Assembly (NCBI RefSeq): GCF_000829315.1
Contig: NZ_AP013028.1
Span: forward strand, 1,020,001 to 1,052,000
Direction of reading: 5' to 3'
Origin: Wolbachia endosymbiont of Cimex lectularius
GTDB taxonomy: Bacteria; Pseudomonadota; Alphaproteobacteria; Rickettsiales; Anaplasmataceae
DNA: 32,000 nt
The position numbers were made by a program, and so were the translations under genes. The notes below the pieces were generated by a model. It was not told the DNA's origin. It was given only the letters and a program-made list of their open reading frames with translations, and searched no databases. Positions 1 to 8,619 of the stretch are shown here, piece after piece. Position 1 is the first letter of the stretch. Each line of letters begins with the position of its first letter.

Positions 1-2611
1 TTGCAGTGAACTGTTCTTTGATCTTATTGAAGAATTCTTCACTTGCCAGGTGTTCTGGCGTCATTCCAGCGCATAACACTGGTTGGTTAGTTGTTTGGAT
101 AACTCCATTCAAAAGCTGGGAAATGATAGGGTAGCCGTTTTTGGCACTTGCCATAGCTTTCACAACACTACCACTATATGAAGGATGAAGATCACCGAAG
201 AAACTAATTGCTTTACTGCCTTGCTTATACACTAATATTCTATCTTTATTTTGCATCTTAGGAGAGAATATTGGATCTACTTCTTCCCCTGATGAACTCA
301 GGTGAGCGAAATATCCATTGCTTAATTTAAAATGCTTTCTATCTTCCGTTGCAATGACTGTATTTGGCTCAGTACCCACTGCTATAAGAACAGAACGTGC
401 TTTTATACACTTGACTTTGTGAGACTTTGTGTCTATCAGTTTTATCGATTCAGCATGGTTATACTTACCCGTCACAAATTCAACTGGCTCTAGGTTTTCG
501 ATAAAGTAAATCCCTTCTGACAGTGCGTTTTGCACCTCCTCACTATTTAGTCGGTAACTTGGTGAACTTTTTAGCTCTTTTCTATATACAACTTTCACTC
601 CCCCTAAACTCTGCATTAACTCCAATATTTTTGCTTCTCTGTTCTCTTTTTTTGCTAATTCTTTCTCTTTTTGGATCGACTGTGCGTGCAATATAAACTC
701 ATTCGCAATTTCACGTTCTTCTTCTGTCCAATCTTTTTCAACGTAGTCTTTCCCATATTTACCAACCAATGTCTCGTAGCGAAGAAGAAATTTTTCTACT
801 TGAATCGGATAATACGCTAAAGCTTCAGTGGCAGTATCAATTGCAGTAAGTCCCGCGCCTATAACAACTATTGGCATGCGAATTTGCAGATTTGCTATAG
901 AGTCAGATTTAAGAGCACCACTGAGTTGTAATGACATTAGAAAATCAGATGCCATGCGCACCCCACGAGCTAACATGTTTTTTATCTTGATTATTCGTGC
1001 TTTACCAGAGCCAAGCGCTAGGGCTATGTGGTCGAAACCAAAATTGAGCACATCACTAACAGTTACTGTGCCACCAAAGCGAATGCCTCCATAAGACGCA
1101 AAATTTTTGCGTCTTTCTAGTAATAATCTAATAATCTTTAAGTAATTCTTGTTCCACCGAGAAGTAATACCATATTCTGCTACTCCACCAAACCCACTGG
1201 CTGTACGCTTACTCAATTTTTCATGCTTGAAATCTCTGATCGGCTGAAAATTATCAATCAGAGGTTCTATCTTTAATCCATCGATGGCGATAACATTATG
1301 TCCATCATTCAACAGATGATGAGCTAAATTAAAACCAGCAGGACCAAGGCCTACAACCAGGACATTTTTTCCAGTGTTTTCTTTCGGCAACGGCCGCTGA
1401 AAATTTAAAGGATTCCAACGACTAAGCAGAGAATATATTTCAAATCCGTATGGCAAACTGAGCACGTCATCCAAAACTCTTGTTTCAACCATTGGCACAT
1501 TCACAGGCTCTTGTTTTTGATATATGCACGAATTCATGCAATCATTGCATATTCTGTATCCAGTGGCTGCACATAATGGATTATCTATCATCACAATTGC
1601 AAGGCTGGCTATACTGTACCCTTCACTTTTTACCAGATTCATTTCTGATATTTTCTGCTCCAGTGGGCAGCCGTGCAGTTCAACTTTAAGTGGAGATTTT
1701 TTAAAAATCTCGCTTGGTTGACAAAATGTGGCGCTAGAATCTGCGTATTCTTTCTGGATCCCAGTGTCAGCCACTCGGATAACAGATGGCTGCAACCCTT
1801 TTGAGCAGCTGTCCTTATTTTGCTTATGACAAAATATGCAGTAGTGAGCATTATCTAATGCTTTATCTAAACCCACCCTTTCACTTGTTAGATCAAAACC
1901 ATATCGTCTTTTTACTTCATTTGAATACAGAACTTCAATCTCATCCACTTCTTTTTTAGAGAATGATACGAGATTTTCATAATCGATTTTTTTATGAGTA
2001 CTAAAAAGTATACCCTGTTTATTTTTCACTCTCCATGCTGCATATTGCGCTGCAAGTTCTATTTCCTCTTTGTGATGCTCTTTATCCTCAAACCAACACA
2101 TCACTTGCTCGGCGAAATTTTTTTCTGTTGTTGGTAAAGTAAGAAAATGACTTAATCTGCTAGTGACACAATCAATGTCTATGTTTGCTATGTCAGTGTA
2201 TTTCTTTAATGCATAGCGTTGAATAAATAACCTTTTGCATTGATATATTACAGCAAAGTCGTTGTGCTTTTTCTTTAGCTCTTCTGTTTCTTTTTCAATG
2301 TTGAAAAGCTTTGCGATGAATTCATCAAGTAAGTACGAAAGGTCTATAATTAGCTGACTATCTGTCGCTTGAGTGGTCGACATTTGTTGTTTTCTGGATC
2401 CCAGTGTCAAGCACTGGGATGACATGGAACAATACTGAGATGATATGGAGTGACACTGGGATGACACTGAAGCGTTTTCTCTTGCTTTAATCAGAGAACA
2501 AAATAAACTTTCATCGTATGATTTGGCGTAATTTAAAAATGTTTCATCTAGTTTTATTAATCCATTGCGAATATATAGATCGGGAAATGAGATGTTAAAA
2601 TTTAGCTGCAT
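1..2611 (-). CDS. Large FAD/NAD(P)-dependent oxidoreductase, GltD (glutamate synthase small chain)-like, with long Cys-containing N-terminal region; open at window start (partial)
   Basis: Manual minus-strand translation from ATG at 2611 (MQLNFNISFPDLYIRNGLIKLDETF...) stays open to base 1 (about 870 codons); frame checked at several points. Contains NVLVVGLGPAGFNLAHHLMNDGHNVIAIDG dinucleotide-binding motif and Cys motifs (YCIFCHKQNKDSC, CNDCMNSC). Absent from the supplied ORF track, probably because it runs off the edge. Confidence 0.75.
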   Translation of the reverse strand, partial: MQLNFNISFPDLYIRNGLIKLDETFLNYAKSYDESLFCSLIKARENASVSSQCHSISSQYCSMSSQCLTLGSRKQQMSTTQATDSQLIIDLSYLLDEFIAKLFNIEKETEELKKKHNDFAVIYQCKRLFIQRYALKKYTDIANIDIDCVTSRLSHFLTLPTTEKNFAEQVMCWFEDKEHHKEEIELAAQYAAWRVKNKQGILFSTHKKIDYENLVSFSKKEVDEIEVLYSNEVKRRYGFDLTSERVGLDKALDNAHYCIFCHKQNKDSCSKGLQPSVIRVADTGIQKEYADSSATFCQPSEIFKKSPLKVELHGCPLEQKISEMNLVKSEGYSIASLAIVMIDNPLCAATGYRICNDCMNSCIYQKQEPVNVPMVETRVLDDVLSLPYGFEIYSLLSRWNPLNFQRPLPKENTGKNVLVVGLGPAGFNLAHHLLNDGHNVIAIDGLKIEPLIDNFQPIRDFKHEKLSKRTASGFGGVAEYGITSRWNKNYLKIIRLLLERRKNFASYGGIRFGGTVTVSDVLNFGFDHIALALGSGKARIIKIKNMLARGVRMASDFLMSLQLSGALKSDSIANLQIRMPIVVIGAGLTAIDTATEALAYYPIQVEKFLLRYETLVGKYGKDYVEKDWTEEEREIANEFILHAQSIQKEKELAKKENREAKILELMQSLGGVKVVYRKELKSSPSYRLNSEEVQNALSEGIYFIENLEPVEFVTGKYNHAESIKLIDTKSHKVKCIKARSVLIAVGTEPNTVIATEDRKHFKLSNGYFAHLSSSGEEVDPIFSPKMQNKDRILVYKQGSKAISFFGDLHPSYSGSVVKAMASAKNGYPIISQLLNGVIQTTNQPVLCAGMTPEHLASEEFFNKIKEQFTA
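2398..2420. repeat. Palindromic repeat element inserted in frame in the GltD-like ORF (ATCCCAGTG-tcaag-CACTGGGAT)
   Basis: Perfect 9 bp inverted repeat; neighbouring degenerate copies extend the repeat tract to about 2470. Confidence 0.85.
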
Positions 2612-2656
2612 TGCTGTATTATACAGCGCATACATTGTTTTTTACAGATGAAAATT

Positions 2657-3097
2657 TTACTTGTTTTGCAACATGGCTAAAATTGTTGCTTCTGCAACCC
2701 TCTCTTCGTCTACATATGCAACACACTCAAACTTGCATGCACTCAAACGTGCATTTTTAATGTTAGATTGAAGAATCAGGGTGTCTCCTGGAGTAACTGG
2801 CTTTCTGAATTTTGCATTTTCAATGGACATAAAGTAAACAACTTTATTTTCCATTGTACTTTGACTTTCTTTACCAAGAACACATATTGCAGATGCCTGA
2901 GCTAGAGATTCAATTATTAAAACTCCTGGCATTATTGGATGGCCGGGAAAATGGCCAATAAAAAACGGTTCATTGAAAGTCACATTTTTGATTGCCTTTA
3001 TACTCCTACCTGGATCACATTCTATTACTCTATCCACTAAGAGAAACGGATAAGAGTGTGGTAATATTTTTATAATATCACTGATATTAAACTGCAT
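2657..3097 (-). CDS. fabZ: 3-hydroxyacyl-ACP dehydratase FabZ
   Basis: 146 aa ORF with [34 protein letters not shown] catalytic motif. Confidence 0.95.
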   Translation of the reverse strand: MQFNISDIIKILPHSYPFLLVDRVIECDPGRSIKAIKNVTFNEPFFIGHFPGHPIMPGVLIIESLAQASAICVLGKESQSTMENKVVYFMSIENAKFRKPVTPGDTLILQSNIKNARLSACKFECVAYVDEERVAEATILAMLQNK

Positions 3098-3115
3098 AAT
3101 ATCCTTAAAGTAAGC

Positions 3116-3691
3116 CTAATTGACGTCTTTCAAAGCGAATTCTGGTATTTCTTTGTTTATGTTTTTTAATACTGCATCTGATAAATCAACTTTATCTAAG
3201 TCAGCTTCATCCATAGAGTATAAAACCTGATTTTTCTTTGAAATAAATAGTACCAAGTCTATGTTGTTTTTTTCTGCGGTTTCTTTGGCAACTTCTTTTA
3301 TCTTGTTAAAAATACTATCTACTGCATCTCTGTAACTTTTTTCTAGGTATAACATCTTTTTAGCGTAACTATCTCTAGCACTTAGAGCGTGCTTGTCAAA
3401 TTGCTCTGTTCTTTCCTTTTTTGCTTCTTCTGATAGAAGTTCAAATTCCTCTTTTGAAGGCTTGAATTTTTCTAGCTCACTTTCAAACTCTTGCTGCAGC
3501 CCAGAACTTTGTTCTTTTATTTGCTGTTGTATATTTTGTAGAGCAAGAGACTCACTGATCACTTTGTCGCTATCAATAATCGCAACTTTTATGTTAAGCG
3601 CATCCTCAGGTTGATGTTTTACAACCTTATAACCCACAAACAGGAAAATAACTAAGACAATAACTGATATAAATAATTGTGTGTATTTCAT
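3116..3691 (-). CDS. OmpH/Skp family periplasmic chaperone
   Basis: 191 aa, N-terminal TM/signal, 'KVAIIDSDKVISES' start of domain, coiled-coil middle, adjacent to bamA as is typical. Confidence 0.8.
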   Translation of the reverse strand: MKYTQLFISVIVLVIFLFVGYKVVKHQPEDALNIKVAIIDSDKVISESLALQNIQQQIKEQSSGLQQEFESELEKFKPSKEEFELLSEEAKKERTEQFDKHALSARDSYAKKMLYLEKSYRDAVDSIFNKIKEVAKETAEKNNIDLVLFISKKNQVLYSMDEADLDKVDLSDAVLKNINKEIPEFALKDVN

Positions 3692-6031
3692 TTAAATTCC
3701 TACTTCAATAGAAAACTTAACATTCGATGATGGTATTATATCATAAGGTTCCTTAACTAAAGGAAAGCCAAAGTCTAATCTAAACCTACCACCAAAAGGA
3801 GAAGGCATCGAAAAACCAAAACCTGGTGACACTCTTACGAGCTTACTGTCGTTGTATGGTTCTTTTTCTTTGTGTTTCTCATCTTTATTGTCTAAACCAA
3901 AAAGCGTTGCATAGTCAACAAAGAATGAGCCTTTGACGCCAATATAATCGTATAATTTAGGTAATGGAAAATCCACTTGTTGTGTTAAGTTAAAATAAGT
4001 CTTACCTCCTAATGAGCTTTTATCCTTTGCTCTTGGTCCAATGCCAGAGAGGTCAAACCCTCTAATCTCATTACCTCCTTTAAAAAAGTGCTGGCCAATA
4101 TTTAGCGGTTCATCGGTATAAGAAAAAATATGACCTGCTGCCATCTTAAAGCGCAGTATTGTATCATCATCAATCTTACTCAATATAGGATGTGTATAAA
4201 AAGACAGAAATTCAGATTTTAGGAAATTTACGTTTCCTCCCAGTCCTGAGGCGTCCTGGCTTAAGCGCAATAAATAACCATCTCTTGGGGCGTATGGATT
4301 ATCTAATTTATTATACGCTAATGTGTATCCTACTGATGAAACGTGATATTCACCTTCTCGGTCACGTATTATTTCAGGGATACTATCGTCTTTTCCACCC
4401 TTATTATCCAAGTGTATATGGTTATACTTATAAGAATAGCGGAGGGAATTGGTTAAGTTCTCTGTGACTTTATGTGATAATTTTGTAAAAAATCCCATGT
4501 CACAGCTATCAAAAGTAGTGTTTGGCTTATCTTGTTTTTCATAGAATACGCCTACACCTAATGATGTATCGGAATCATTAAAATTATTTTCAACGACTTC
4601 TAAATCAGTCGAAAATACGTATCGACTTCTCTCAATGGCAAAGGAGAGTTCTTTTCCGCTACCAAATAAATTACGGTCTTTAAAATCAGTTTTAAAAAAT
4701 GCTCCGCCAGGAAAAGACACCCCCCCTCCTAAATATAATGAGGTAGTGTTTTTTTCTTTAACATTTAAGTTAAGATTCACCACATTATCATTAATTGCAT
4801 AACTATTTATTTTTACTGCCTCAAAAAAATCACTGCCAATCAATTTTCTACGCGATTTTTGAATCTCAGATGTGTTATACGCGTCACCCTCTGCTACACT
4901 GAGCTTATTCCTGATTACTTTGTCTAAAGTACGGTCGTTACCATCTATTGTAATTTGATTTATGTAAATCTTTTTACCTGGCAGCACCTTGTAAGTTACA
5001 TCTACAACATTGCCACGCTGTGCGTATTCTGGATTAACTTTTGCAAATATATATCCTCTCTCATTTAAATACTTGTTTATTTTTTCTACCGTATTACTAA
5101 TTTTAACCTTATCAAATACTTTGTTGCCTTCCTTAGTTATTAGTTCTAATATCTCTTCTTTTAGGTTTGGGTCTTGAATTTTAGCTTCAACATCAATTTT
5201 ATTGCTTCCAAACAAATATTGCTCTCCTTCGTCAATCAAAAAAGTTAACACTACTTGATTGTTATTATCAACTTCAGCAATTGGCTGAATACTATTGTTG
5301 ATATACCCCTTGGACGAATAGAAGCGATCAAGCAACTCTTCGTTGATTAACAAGTACTGTGGTGAGTAATGATTTCCACCTTTAAAAACAGCTCTGAATA
5401 ACTTATTAAATACATCATTACTTTGCGTTTTAATAGCTTGCTCTAGCTCATTTTCTGAAAAGTTTTTATTGCCTATAAATCTTATGTCCTTAATTCTAGA
5501 TGTTTTTCCCTCTTTTATTTTAAAGACTAAATTAACCCTGTTACCATCAAGCTTATTTAGCTCATATTCAATTTTAGCACCGATCTTACCGTTGTTTCTA
5601 TAAGTTGTGATTAAATTCAGTAAATCATTTTGTAATTTCGTTTCAGCAAAAATAGTCAAGGGTTTTGATTGAATCACGTTATTTAACAGTTCTTTGCTTT
5701 TAAATAGCTTATTACCTTTTAATATTACCTTGTTAATTAGCGGATTTTCTTGAACTTTTATTACCAAGTTTTTTCCATCATCGATGTAAGCGTTAACATT
5801 AGCAAATAACTTTGTTTTGTATAAAACCTTTATAATTGAATCTATGTCATCGTTGTTTACATAACTGCTAGGTTCTAATTTTGTATAGAACTTTATTGTT
5901 TGACTGCCGATTCGCTCATTACCAACGTATTTAATATCCTTTATCTGCGTTTTTTTCCCGTTTTCTAAAGCAACAAGTAGTGTAGGAACAGAGATAAAAA
6001 TTACTATTAATATATAAAACAGTTTCTTCAT
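3692..6031 (-). CDS. bamA: Outer membrane protein assembly factor BamA (start likely MKKLFYILIV at 6031; ORF open to 6073)
   Basis: POTRA-like repeats (IKDIKYVGNERIGSQTI, ITIDGNDRTLDKVIRNKLSVAEGDAYN) and C-terminal barrel with 'FFKGGNEIRGFDLSGIGP' and terminal Phe-rich strand. Confidence 0.95.
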   Translation of the reverse strand: MKKLFYILIVIFISVPTLLVALENGKKTQIKDIKYVGNERIGSQTIKFYTKLEPSSYVNNDDIDSIIKVLYKTKLFANVNAYIDDGKNLVIKVQENPLINKVILKGNKLFKSKELLNNVIQSKPLTIFAETKLQNDLLNLITTYRNNGKIGAKIEYELNKLDGNRVNLVFKIKEGKTSRIKDIRFIGNKNFSENELEQAIKTQSNDVFNKLFRAVFKGGNHYSPQYLLINEELLDRFYSSKGYINNSIQPIAEVDNNNQVVLTFLIDEGEQYLFGSNKIDVEAKIQDPNLKEEILELITKEGNKVFDKVKISNTVEKINKYLNERGYIFAKVNPEYAQRGNVVDVTYKVLPGKKIYINQITIDGNDRTLDKVIRNKLSVAEGDAYNTSEIQKSRRKLIGSDFFEAVKINSYAINDNVVNLNLNVKEKNTTSLYLGGGVSFPGGAFFKTDFKDRNLFGSGKELSFAIERSRYVFSTDLEVVENNFNDSDTSLGVGVFYEKQDKPNTTFDSCDMGFFTKLSHKVTENLTNSLRYSYKYNHIHLDNKGGKDDSIPEIIRDREGEYHVSSVGYTLAYNKLDNPYAPRDGYLLRLSQDASGLGGNVNFLKSEFLSFYTHPILSKIDDDTILRFKMAAGHIFSYTDEPLNIGQHFFKGGNEIRGFDLSGIGPRAKDKSSLGGKTYFNLTQQVDFPLPKLYDYIGVKGSFFVDYATLFGLDNKDEKHKEKEPYNDSKLVRVSPGFGFSMPSPFGGRFRLDFGFPLVKEPYDIIPSSNVKFSIEVGI

Positions 6032-6038
6032 ATTTATC

Positions 6039-7214
6039 TTAAAAAAGATGTCTGATATCATTTGAGATCGCAATTGCCATTAGCAAGAACAATATAGTAG
6101 CACCAAAAGTAGCAGCATATTTTTGGCATTTTAAACTCAAGTCTCTGCGTATAACTGCTTCTATAATGTAGAAGAATAAATGTCCGCCATCCAATGGTAA
6201 AATTGGCAGTAAATTAATCACAGCTAAAGTAGATGAAAGGATCGCCATGAAATATAAAACCATAATAAACCCCTGTTTAGCTGATTGTCCTGAATATTTT
6301 GCAATTTTTATTGGTCCACCTATTTCATTTATACTTCTCTTACCAACGATAATTTGAAAGAGAGCTTTGATTGTTAAGCTCATAGCGTAGTAAGTTTCAC
6401 TTACTGATAGGCTCATAGCTCCAAGAAAGGATGACTGCTTTAGCCCTGTTATATCAACTGAAGTAATTCCTATAACTCTTCTTTCTATTGTGGTATCGGA
6501 AGCGTCTTTAATTATTGATGGAGTCAGGGTAATTCTATGCTCTTCGTTATTTCGACTATATCTAATTTCGATTTCTTTCTCAAGGCTTGACATCATCACG
6601 CGTGAAATATCTTCAAAATATTTTATTTTATATTCATTGATCTGTGTAATAATGTCACCTGGCAATAAACCAGCTTGCTCTGCTGGTTTACCTTCAATTA
6701 CACTTCCAATCACTGGTGGAGTGCGATAATAGCCTACTGTACTAAAGAATATTGTAAAAGCTATAACAGCAAGTACCATGTTTGCAAATGGTCCTGCAAA
6801 AACTATTGCTGCTTTTTTATATCGCGGTTTTGTATGAAGTGAATATAACTTTTCTTCTTCAGTTAATTTTTGTTGATCAGCTGGAACGCTTGCTGCATTG
6901 CTGTCTCCTAGCATTTTAACATAACCGCCCAGTGGAACAGCACTTAATTTCCATCTAGTTCCAGACTTATCATGAAAACCAAAGATTTCAGGACCAAAGC
7001 CTATAGAAAAAGACTCAACTTTAACTTTGCATGCTTTGGCGATAATATAATGCCCGTATTCATGTACAAATACTACAACAGAGATGATTAAGGCAAATGA
7101 CAAGAGATTATATGCTCCATTACCAAGCTGATGGACAAGATTAGAAATTAATTCCACCTGCATTTTAGATATTAACAAAATGTTAAGTATATTAAAACGC
7201 GCCTCGCTTGACAA
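6039..7214 (-). CDS. rseP: Site-2 (RIP) zinc metalloprotease RseP (alternative start near 7163)
   Basis: VVFVHEYGHYIIAKACKVKVESFSIGFGPEIF, PDZ region, LLPILPLDGGHLFFYIIEAV. Confidence 0.95.
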   Translation of the reverse strand: MSSEARFNILNILLISKMQVELISNLVHQLGNGAYNLLSFALIISVVVFVHEYGHYIIAKACKVKVESFSIGFGPEIFGFHDKSGTRWKLSAVPLGGYVKMLGDSNAASVPADQQKLTEEEKLYSLHTKPRYKKAAIVFAGPFANMVLAVIAFTIFFSTVGYYRTPPVIGSVIEGKPAEQAGLLPGDIITQINEYKIKYFEDISRVMMSSLEKEIEIRYSRNNEEHRITLTPSIIKDASDTTIERRVIGITSVDITGLKQSSFLGAMSLSVSETYYAMSLTIKALFQIIVGKRSINEIGGPIKIAKYSGQSAKQGFIMVLYFMAILSSTLAVINLLPILPLDGGHLFFYIIEAVIRRDLSLKCQKYAATFGATILFLLMAIAISNDIRHLF

Positions 7215-7254
7215 GTGTTTAATTTAACCTTAAATTAAAGAAAGTTTAGTAACA

Positions 7255-7530
7255 GTGACAGATACCTCTTTATTAAGAAAAAAACTGATGTATAGAAGCT
7301 GGCATAGAGGGTGCAAAGAAACCGATATGCTTTTAGGGTATTTTGCACTGAAGTACCTTAATAAATTTTCCCTAAATGAACTAATTGAGTATGAAAAGAT
7401 AGTTGATCTTGATGATTATGAATTATATTGTTATGTAACTCGCAAAGCAAATCTTCCTTCCAACTTAGATAGTAAGATAATGGATTTAATTACTTGCTTC
7501 ATTGAAGCTAATCCTTTATGCACTCAATAA
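7255..7530 (+). CDS. sdhE: SdhE-like succinate dehydrogenase assembly factor (FAD assembly factor family)
   Basis: RKKLMYRSWHRGCKETDMLLGYFALKYLNKFSLNELIEYEKIVDLDDYELYCYV matches the small SdhE family pattern. Confidence 0.85.
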   Translation: MTDTSLLRKKLMYRSWHRGCKETDMLLGYFALKYLNKFSLNELIEYEKIVDLDDYELYCYVTRKANLPSNLDSKIMDLITCFIEANPLCTQ

Positions 7531-7542
7531 TTTTATTTACTC

Positions 7543-7690
7543 TACTTAACACTTTAGTGTATTCCGTTCTTTTCTCGTTTCTATACTTTTCACACTCTTG
7601 ATTCATTTCGTCCAATTTTTTTGTTAATTCTAAAACTTTATCCTCAAGAGTTAGTGCTGCAAGTAGGAAATTTAGTGCGTCCGAGCCCTT
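7543..7690 (-). pseudogene. C-terminal fragment of an unknown coiled-coil ORF cut by IS copy 1
   Basis: Minus-strand open frame KGSDALNFLLAALTLEDKVLELTKKLDEMNQECESIETRKERNTLKC* runs into the IS border with no start. Confidence 0.45.
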
Positions 7691-7747
7691 AGAACCTGTT
7701 TAAAATCTTGGAAATGTGAGGTAAAGTAAGCATAGATTAATAATGAG

Positions 7748-8068
7748 GTGTCTATGCAGAAAAGTTATCCAAGTAATATAAGTCAAGAGCAGTTTGAAAA
7801 AATCAGGCCAATTTTGGAGAGTAGCAAGCAGAAAACAAAACCAAGAAAACTTGATTTGTATGACGTATTTTGTGGGGTGTTGTACGTCTTAAAAAGTGGT
7901 TGTCAGTGGAGGATGTTACCAAAGGGTTTTCCAAGATGGGAAAGCGTATATTACTATTTTCGAGTGTGGAGTAAAAAGAATGGAGAAGAGCCAAGCTTGT
8001 TGGAATTAGTCTTAAAAAAAATTAGTTGGAGAGGTCCGTATCAGCAATGGTCGGAAAGAGAAAACTAG
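7748..8068 (+). CDS. IS5-family transposase, N-terminal ORF
   Basis: 106 aa, MSMQKSYPSNISQEQFEKIRPILESS...GCQWRMLPKGFPRWESVYYYFRVW; repeated in all four IS copies. Confidence 0.9.
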   Translation: MSMQKSYPSNISQEQFEKIRPILESSKQKTKPRKLDLYDVFCGVLYVLKSGCQWRMLPKGFPRWESVYYYFRVWSKKNGEEPSLLELVLKKISWRGPYQQWSEREN

Positions 8069-8079
8069 CTTTTGTATAA

Positions 8080-8544
8080 TTGATTCTCAAAGCGTTAAAA
8101 ACGCAGATACTGCTGAAAAAAAAAGGCTATGATGCAGGTAAAAAGATTTCAGGGATAAAGCGCCATATTGCAGTTGATACACAAGGTTTGCCACATGCAA
8201 TTTATGTAACAACGGCAGAAGCAACTGACCGTAGCAGTGCTGTGAAAATGGTCGAAAATGCTAAAGCAAACCTCTCTGAAGTTAAAAACATACTGGTTGA
8301 TGCTGGCTACACAGGAGAAAATTTTGCAACACAAATAAAAGCTATCATTGGTGCGACTGTTGAAGTAATAAAGCGAAGTGAGTTACACACTTTCGTCGTA
8401 TTGCCAAAAAGATGGGTTGTTGAACGCTCTTTTGCCTGGTTAGAAAAGTGCAGGCGATTGTGGAAAAATTGCGAGCGGAAGCTCAACACTAGCTTACAGA
8501 TGATAGTCCTCTCCTTCATTTCTCTCCTGTTACGAAGATTTTAA
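8080..8544 (+). CDS. IS5-family transposase, C-terminal ORF (frame disrupted in this copy)
   Basis: ILVDAGYTGENF, RWVVERSFAWLEKCRRLWKNCER; upstream part read out of frame because of a 9-A run instead of 8. Confidence 0.85.
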   Translation: MILKALKTQILLKKKGYDAGKKISGIKRHIAVDTQGLPHAIYVTTAEATDRSSAVKMVENAKANLSEVKNILVDAGYTGENFATQIKAIIGATVEVIKRSELHTFVVLPKRWVVERSFAWLEKCRRLWKNCERKLNTSLQMIVLSFISLLLRRF

Positions 8545-8582
8545 ACAGGTTCTAATGATGTGGTAGATGTCATTTAAGTAGC

Positions 8583-8612
8583 TTGACACTAGAATCCAGT
8601 TTTCTTTACAAT
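8583..8612 (+). promoter_or_regulatory. Putative sigma70 promoter for era (TTGACA - 18 nt - TACAAT)
   Basis: TTGACA at 8583-8588 and TACAAT at 8607-8612, immediately upstream of the era ORF. Confidence 0.45.
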
Positions 8613-8619
8613 CCCCTTC

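Larger units (their letters stand above)
7692..8552 (+). mobile_element. IS5-family (IS1031-type) insertion sequence, copy 1 (861 bp), degenerate
   Basis: Terminal inverted repeats GAACCTGTTTAAAATCTT / AAGATTTTAAACAGGTTC; ORF1 7748-8068, ORF2 fragment 8080-8544; flanks TTA (left) and TAA (right) do not match; extra A in the internal A-run relative to the other copies. Confidence 0.95.

Noticed and set aside
828-1721. Plus-strand ORFs 828-1094, 1480-1689 and 1524-1721
   Set aside because: Antisense to the long continuous minus-strand GltD-like ORF; no recognisable domain or codon signal.
1639-1851. Minus-strand ORF of 70 aa
   Set aside because: Out of frame within the long GltD-like ORF.
4192-4467. 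91-aa plus-strand ORF inside bamA
   Set aside because: Antisense overlap with strongly supported bamA coding sequence.
7803-7994. Antisense ORFs repeated in each IS (7803-7994, 8149-8334, 8307-8519 and equivalents in copies 2-4)
   Set aside because: Their repetition simply follows from the IS copies; they are antisense to the transposase and lack domain signatures.
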